Assembly (NCBI GenBank): GCA_965223265.1
Contig: OZ244999.1
Span: 864,001 to 928,000, forward strand
DNA: 64,000 bases
Source: Planctomycetota bacterium
GTDB lineage: Bacteria; Planctomycetota; UBA8108; SXIK01
Direction: 5' to 3'
Shown here: positions 59,858-64,000 of the stretch, one piece after another
Layout of the letters: every line of letters starts with the position of its first letter
How positions within the stretch are numbered: the stretch's first letter is position 1
Made by a program: the position numbers and the translations under genes
The notes under the pieces: model-generated
What the model saw: only the letters and a program-made list of their open reading frames with translations
The model's database searches: none
Told to the model about the DNA's origin: nothing

Positions 59858-61360
59858 CTACAGCCGAGCTTTTGCGATGGCGTTTTCCCACAGCGTGAGA
59901 TGGGCTCGGACCTCACGCAACGGCATCTTCGGGCGAAACTCTCGGGCGACGCGTGTGGTTTTGCGCACGGCTTCGAGCGACGGAAAGAGTCCGATCGCTA
60001 GCCCGGCGAGCGCGGCACTGCCGAGCGCTGTTGTGGAAATCGACGCCGGACGCTGCACGCGCAGTCGCAAGAGATCGGCTTGGTACTGCATGAGCAAGTT
60101 GTTGAGACTCGCACCGCCGTCGACGCGAAGATGGCGCAGCTTGCGATCGAGATCCGATTCAACTGCCCGCGCCAGATCGTGAATCTGCAGCGCTATGCCC
60201 TCGAGCGCCGCGCGCGCGACATGAGCCTTCGTGGTTCCGCGCGTCAGCCCACAGATCAGCCCGCGAGCGCTCGGATCCCAGTGGGGCGCACCAAGCCCGG
60301 CGAGCGCCGGGACGACCGCGACGCCACCAGAGTCAGGTACGCTCGCGGCGAGCGCCTCGATGTCACTGGCTTTCTCAAACAGACGGAGGCCGTCTCGAAG
60401 CCACTGCACGATCGCTCCGGCGACGAACGAAGAACCCTCTAACGCATAGCAAGGACGTCCGCGAAGTTCCCACGCGGCGGTCGAAAGCATACCGTGCCTT
60501 GACCGCACGATCCGCTCGCCCGTGTTGACGACCAAGAATGCGCCCGTGCCGTACGTACATTTGGCTTCACCACTGCGGAAGCAAGTCTGACCGAACAGGG
60601 CAGACTGCTGGTCGCCGATCGGGCTAGCGATCGGCACACCGTCCGGAAGGAAGCGCACGCCGTGAGTCTCGCCGAGAATCGCATCGTTGGCGTTGATCGA
60701 CGGTAGCAGATCTTTGGGCACGGAGAAGAGCTCGCAAAGAGCCGGACTCCAGCGCCTTTTCTTCAGATCCATGAGCGACGTCCGCGACGCGTTGGAAACG
60801 TCAGTGGTGTGCACCTTGCCACCGCTCAATCGCCACGTCAGGTAGGTGTCGATGGTGCCGAACACGAGCTTGCCGTCGCGTGCAGCTCGGCGAGCCCCTG
60901 TCACGTTTTTGAGCAACCACTCGATTTTGGTGGCGGAAAAATACGGGTCGATCACCAGGCCGGTAGTGCGCCGCACCAACTGTTCATCCTTCGTTCCCTT
61001 GAGCGGCTCACAGCGGCTGGCGGTGCGTCGATCTTGCCAGACGATCGCCTTGTGGATCGGTCGGCCTGAACGACGATTCCACAACGCTGTCGTTTCACGC
61101 TGATTCGTGGCACCGATGACCGCGATCTGCGACTTCGCGGCGCGGGCCTTTCTGAGCGCGCCGCGCACGGCTTGCTCGACGCTTTTCCACACTTCGTCCA
61201 AGTCGTGCTCCACCCATCCAGGCTTCGGAAAGTGTTGCCGAAACTCGACGAGATGTTCAGCGACGAGGCGCAGTTTTTCGTCGACCAGAACTGCCTTCGT
61301 TCCCGTTGTCCCTTGATCGATCGCGAGGATCAAATGCGGCCGGCGTTTTGACTTCGCCAT
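59858..61360 (-). CDS. glpK: Glycerol kinase
   Basis: AIDQGTT, GWVEHD, NQRETT, IVWQDRRT, TDVSNASRT, GDQQSALFGQ, KCTYGTG. Confidence 0.97.
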   Translation of the reverse strand: MAKSKRRPHLILAIDQGTTGTKAVLVDEKLRLVAEHLVEFRQHFPKPGWVEHDLDEVWKSVEQAVRGALRKARAAKSQIAVIGATNQRETTALWNRRSGRPIHKAIVWQDRRTASRCEPLKGTKDEQLVRRTTGLVIDPYFSATKIEWLLKNVTGARRAARDGKLVFGTIDTYLTWRLSGGKVHTTDVSNASRTSLMDLKKRRWSPALCELFSVPKDLLPSINANDAILGETHGVRFLPDGVPIASPIGDQQSALFGQTCFRSGEAKCTYGTGAFLVVNTGERIVRSRHGMLSTAAWELRGRPCYALEGSSFVAGAIVQWLRDGLRLFEKASDIEALAASVPDSGGVAVVPALAGLGAPHWDPSARGLICGLTRGTTKAHVARAALEGIALQIHDLARAVESDLDRKLRHLRVDGGASLNNLLMQYQADLLRLRVQRPASISTTALGSAALAGLAIGLFPSLEAVRKTTRVAREFRPKMPLREVRAHLTLWENAIAKARL

Positions 61361-61432
61361 ACGCAACTCCCTTCCCTTCACTCTTGTCTCTTCCCGTCTC
61401 CGTGGACATCGCGTCCCGACGCATCTCAACCG

Positions 61433-61966
61433 CTAGGGCGGTGGAAAGATTGTCTCGCCGTCTCCGTCTCGAATCTGCTCGACCGTGAGAAAGAAGCTGC
61501 GTTGTGGTGCCAAACGTCTGAACTCGATCGGCGTGCCGGTTGCAGGGTCGAAACGCACCTTGAGCGTTGCGCGGACGGGCTGGCCAGGAGTGTTCGTTGA
61601 CGCCGTCGCCATCTCCTGTTCCCGCTCGATCATGTCAAACAAGCCGTCCACGGTGTACGAGTCACGGACGGGCATCTGAACATCGTTGACACGCATTTCC
61701 ACGGCGCGAGAATCTTCGACGCGGGTGCTGACGCGTTCTTCAGACTGGCGATCGATTTTTTTCAGCAAGTCGATGCTGTAGTCCGTCAGACGTGCATCGC
61801 TCCAGCGCGCCTGAGCGTCGCGAAGCTGGGCTGCGTCGAGAAGCGGTGTGGTGTCACGGCGTAGGAACACAATGAGAAGGGCGACGATGAACACTCCGGC
61901 GGCCAAGCCCCATCCGAGGCGCGAGCGGCGCGCTCGATGGTCTTCGCCTGGAGGTTTCTGAGACAT
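61433..61966 (-). CDS. Membrane-anchored hypothetical protein (DUF6174-like)
   Basis: TM helix; A.ARW....DY, TVDGLFDMI, FDPATGTP pattern. Confidence 0.55.
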   Translation of the reverse strand: MSQKPPGEDHRARRSRLGWGLAAGVFIVALLIVFLRRDTTPLLDAAQLRDAQARWSDARLTDYSIDLLKKIDRQSEERVSTRVEDSRAVEMRVNDVQMPVRDSYTVDGLFDMIEREQEMATASTNTPGQPVRATLKVRFDPATGTPIEFRRLAPQRSFFLTVEQIRDGDGETIFPPP

Positions 61967-61993
61967 TTTGCGCCTTATTCGCCTATCGCCAGC

Positions 61994-62923
61994 TCACGTC
62001 GATGGCTGTTCGTCGAGCAGCGCGCGGTACGCCTTCCAAAACTCCTCTTCTGGCGGACCGACGACTTGCAGGTATTTCACCTGATTCGACGCGATAACCG
62101 CAACACCGTGGTGATAAAGAATCGCAAAGTCGTCTCGATTCTGCGCCGTGGCCTCGGCCTCCGGGAAACTCGCCACTCCGACAGCAAACGCGGGATTCAT
62201 CTTCTCGAACATCGATTTCGCTGCCACCAAGCTGGCGTCGCGATCGTCTCGGGTGCTGAAGTAGATCCCGACGAATCGAAGCTTCTTGTCCTTCGTATTC
62301 TGTCCGAGGAACTGGGCCATCGTCGAAACCTTACCGAATCGCGCCTTTTCGCAGTGCGCGCAGGAATCGAACGAGAACACGACGGTGAGCGCATCCGTCA
62401 GCTCCTCTTGTGGCCACGGCCGCTTCTCCCAGCTCTTCTTCTCGGGATTCCACCAGTCGACATGCGGTGGCGCCGTAAACGGTTTGCCAACGAATCGATC
62501 ACGAAGCTTGGATTCGTAGGCAGCCATGGTCTTTCGGTAACTGCCGATTTTGCCTCTCACGCGTTTGCGCTCGCCATCTCGACGGATCAACATGCGCAGG
62601 GTCGCGTTGACGTTTTCGTCTCGGAGTTCCCGGCTGAATTGTTCTGACGAACGCATGCGCACATCGTTGAGGAGCACGATTTGGTCGCCCTTTTTGAGGC
62701 CCATGAGCTCGGCGGCTGAGCCCGGAAAAACGTAGGCTACCTGGATCCCTTCTTGCTTTCCGATGGTCTCGACTGAGACGCCAAGAAAACCTCGATCTCT
62801 CGGTTGACTCTCCTCTTGTTGCCCCTGCTGTTCTTGGCTAAAGCAGAAGTTCGGCGAAACCAACGCCAACATGGGAACGAAGACGTACATCGATTTGATG
62901 CTGCGCGGTCGGTAGATGTTCAT
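61994..62923 (-). CDS. Secreted PDZ domain + thioredoxin-like (CxxC) protein
   Basis: GFLGVS..GSAAELMGLKKGDQI PDZ; FSFDSCAHC. Confidence 0.75.
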   Translation of the reverse strand: MNIYRPRSIKSMYVFVPMLALVSPNFCFSQEQQGQQEESQPRDRGFLGVSVETIGKQEGIQVAYVFPGSAAELMGLKKGDQIVLLNDVRMRSSEQFSRELRDENVNATLRMLIRRDGERKRVRGKIGSYRKTMAAYESKLRDRFVGKPFTAPPHVDWWNPEKKSWEKRPWPQEELTDALTVVFSFDSCAHCEKARFGKVSTMAQFLGQNTKDKKLRFVGIYFSTRDDRDASLVAAKSMFEKMNPAFAVGVASFPEAEATAQNRDDFAILYHHGVAVIASNQVKYLQVVGPPEEEFWKAYRALLDEQPST

Positions 62924-62984
62924 GGTTGATTCCGTTCGAAGGCGCGGACCGGCACTCGTTCAGAGAGGCCTATCCATTCAGATT

Positions 62985-63012
62985 GGCCGAATGACCTTTC
63001 AACAGGCTGTTA
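62985..63012. mobile_element. Solo end fragment of the palindromic MITE family
   Basis: GGCCGAATGACCTTTCAACAGGCTGTTA matches the end of copy 2. Confidence 0.7.
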
Positions 63013-63363
63013 TGCAAACGGGCGAGTTTTGATTATACGCTTTGTGGGTTCTTGAGTTGGGCGAATTCCGGGTTCTGAGCGTCGAGGTGCCGGAGTGGGG
63101 ACGATGGGAATAGACGTTGATCGACGCGAAGTTTGCTGCCTGCGCCAAGCTCGAGCCAGTCCACAGGCGACGTTGAAACCGGTTCCTCGATGTTCGCGCT
63201 GTCAGGCCAGCGGCACGCGGCGCGATAGCGCCGTCACACGACTCCGGGTCGAAAGAGTTGGCTCTGAAGTCGGTCGGCACCTATTTTGCGCCGTCTGCGC
63301 TGCCCTTCGACTTCGACTGGGCCACGCTGCGGCTGCGACGCCTGCCGCGCCTCGAACGGAGCG

Positions 63364-63999
63364 TCAAACCTCGACGGTTTTCTTCGACCGGACTGAACGC
63401 TCTTCGGCCAAACAGACCGAAAGCGACAGCGCCGCGTTCTCCGGCGACAGCCGAGCGGGCACTTCACCGCTGCGAACGCCGCCGACGACGTCCTGTAGCT
63501 GGCTGCGAAAGCCGTCCTTCGCACTCAATCGGAGCGGGTGCGACGACTTCTGGCCAAAGACAGTCGGCTGCGGCGTATGAGTCGAATTGAAGTGAATCGT
63601 GCCGCGCTCGAAGTAGGCATCGAATCCATGCTCGAATGGCAAGCTTGGGCTATTGATCCATCCTGCTTCAGAAGTCAGGAGGGCCTGGCCGCCGCGGTAG
63701 TGATAGGTCGTCCGAAGGGCGTCGATCTGCCGATCTCGAACGAGACCGTGGGACGTGACCGCGCGGGGGCGTCCGAAGAGGTAGACCATCAGGTCGGTGT
63801 CATGTATGTGCAAATCCACAGTCATTCCACCGGACTTCTTGGGATCGGCGAACCAACTGTCGCCCCAGTCTGGTTTGGCAATGATCCGGCGCAGGTGGAG
63901 CGCGAGAAGATCGCCGTGGCGGGCGCTGCGAATCGATTTCTCAAGGCCGGCGAACTCGGGAAAGTACTTGAGCACCTGAGCGACCATGAGCAGACGTCC
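63364..63999 (-). CDS. Gfo/Idh/MocA family oxidoreductase, C-terminal part (runs off window)
   Basis: LMVAQVLKYFPEF, SGGMTVDLHIHDTD, FGRP. Confidence 0.88.
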   Translation of the reverse strand, partial: GRLLMVAQVLKYFPEFAGLEKSIRSARHGDLLALHLRRIIAKPDWGDSWFADPKKSGGMTVDLHIHDTDLMVYLFGRPRAVTSHGLVRDRQIDALRTTYHYRGGQALLTSEAGWINSPSLPFEHGFDAYFERGTIHFNSTHTPQPTVFGQKSSHPLRLSAKDGFRSQLQDVVGGVRSGEVPARLSPENAALSLSVCLAEERSVRSKKTVEV

Positions 64000-64000
64000 A

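Overview
GC-rich bacterial genomic DNA, probably Planctomycetota. That assignment is an inference from a C-terminal FxRGExNxDG dockerin-type protein, a squalene-cyclase-repeat protein and many HEAT/TPR proteins. Most of the window is housekeeping or accessory coding sequence: an RNase II/R fragment, tkt, apt, a sigma-70 factor, two sigma-54 enhancer-binding proteins (bEBPs), groES-groEL, OppA, UDP-glucuronate decarboxylase, CocE, a ROK kinase, an orphan m6A methyltransferase, nadK, murD, thiS-thiG, glycosyltransferases, aroC, a thiE-like gene and glpK. No rRNA, tRNA or CRISPR array was seen. Most interesting structure: (1) an IS110-family element with IS1111-like layout and a ~470-nt structured non-coding 3' region (candidate bridge/seekRNA), inserted into a GANNCN hexamer-repeat tract; (2) that tract brackets a cassette made of a branched hairpin plus a frameshifted four-helix-bundle (IVP/Avd-like) gene; (3) three copies and one fragment of a ~166-bp fully palindromic MITE whose G-U-compatible strand follows local transcription, one copy rewriting a gene's C-terminus and one hit by an IS701-like element; (4) a bEBP / tandem enhancer / sigma-54 promoter / long leader module ahead of a receiver protein and groESL; (5) a coupled rhombosortase and GlyGly-CTERM metalloprotease pair; (6) apparent pseudo-enzymes. 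All calls are by eye from motifs; no database search was run.
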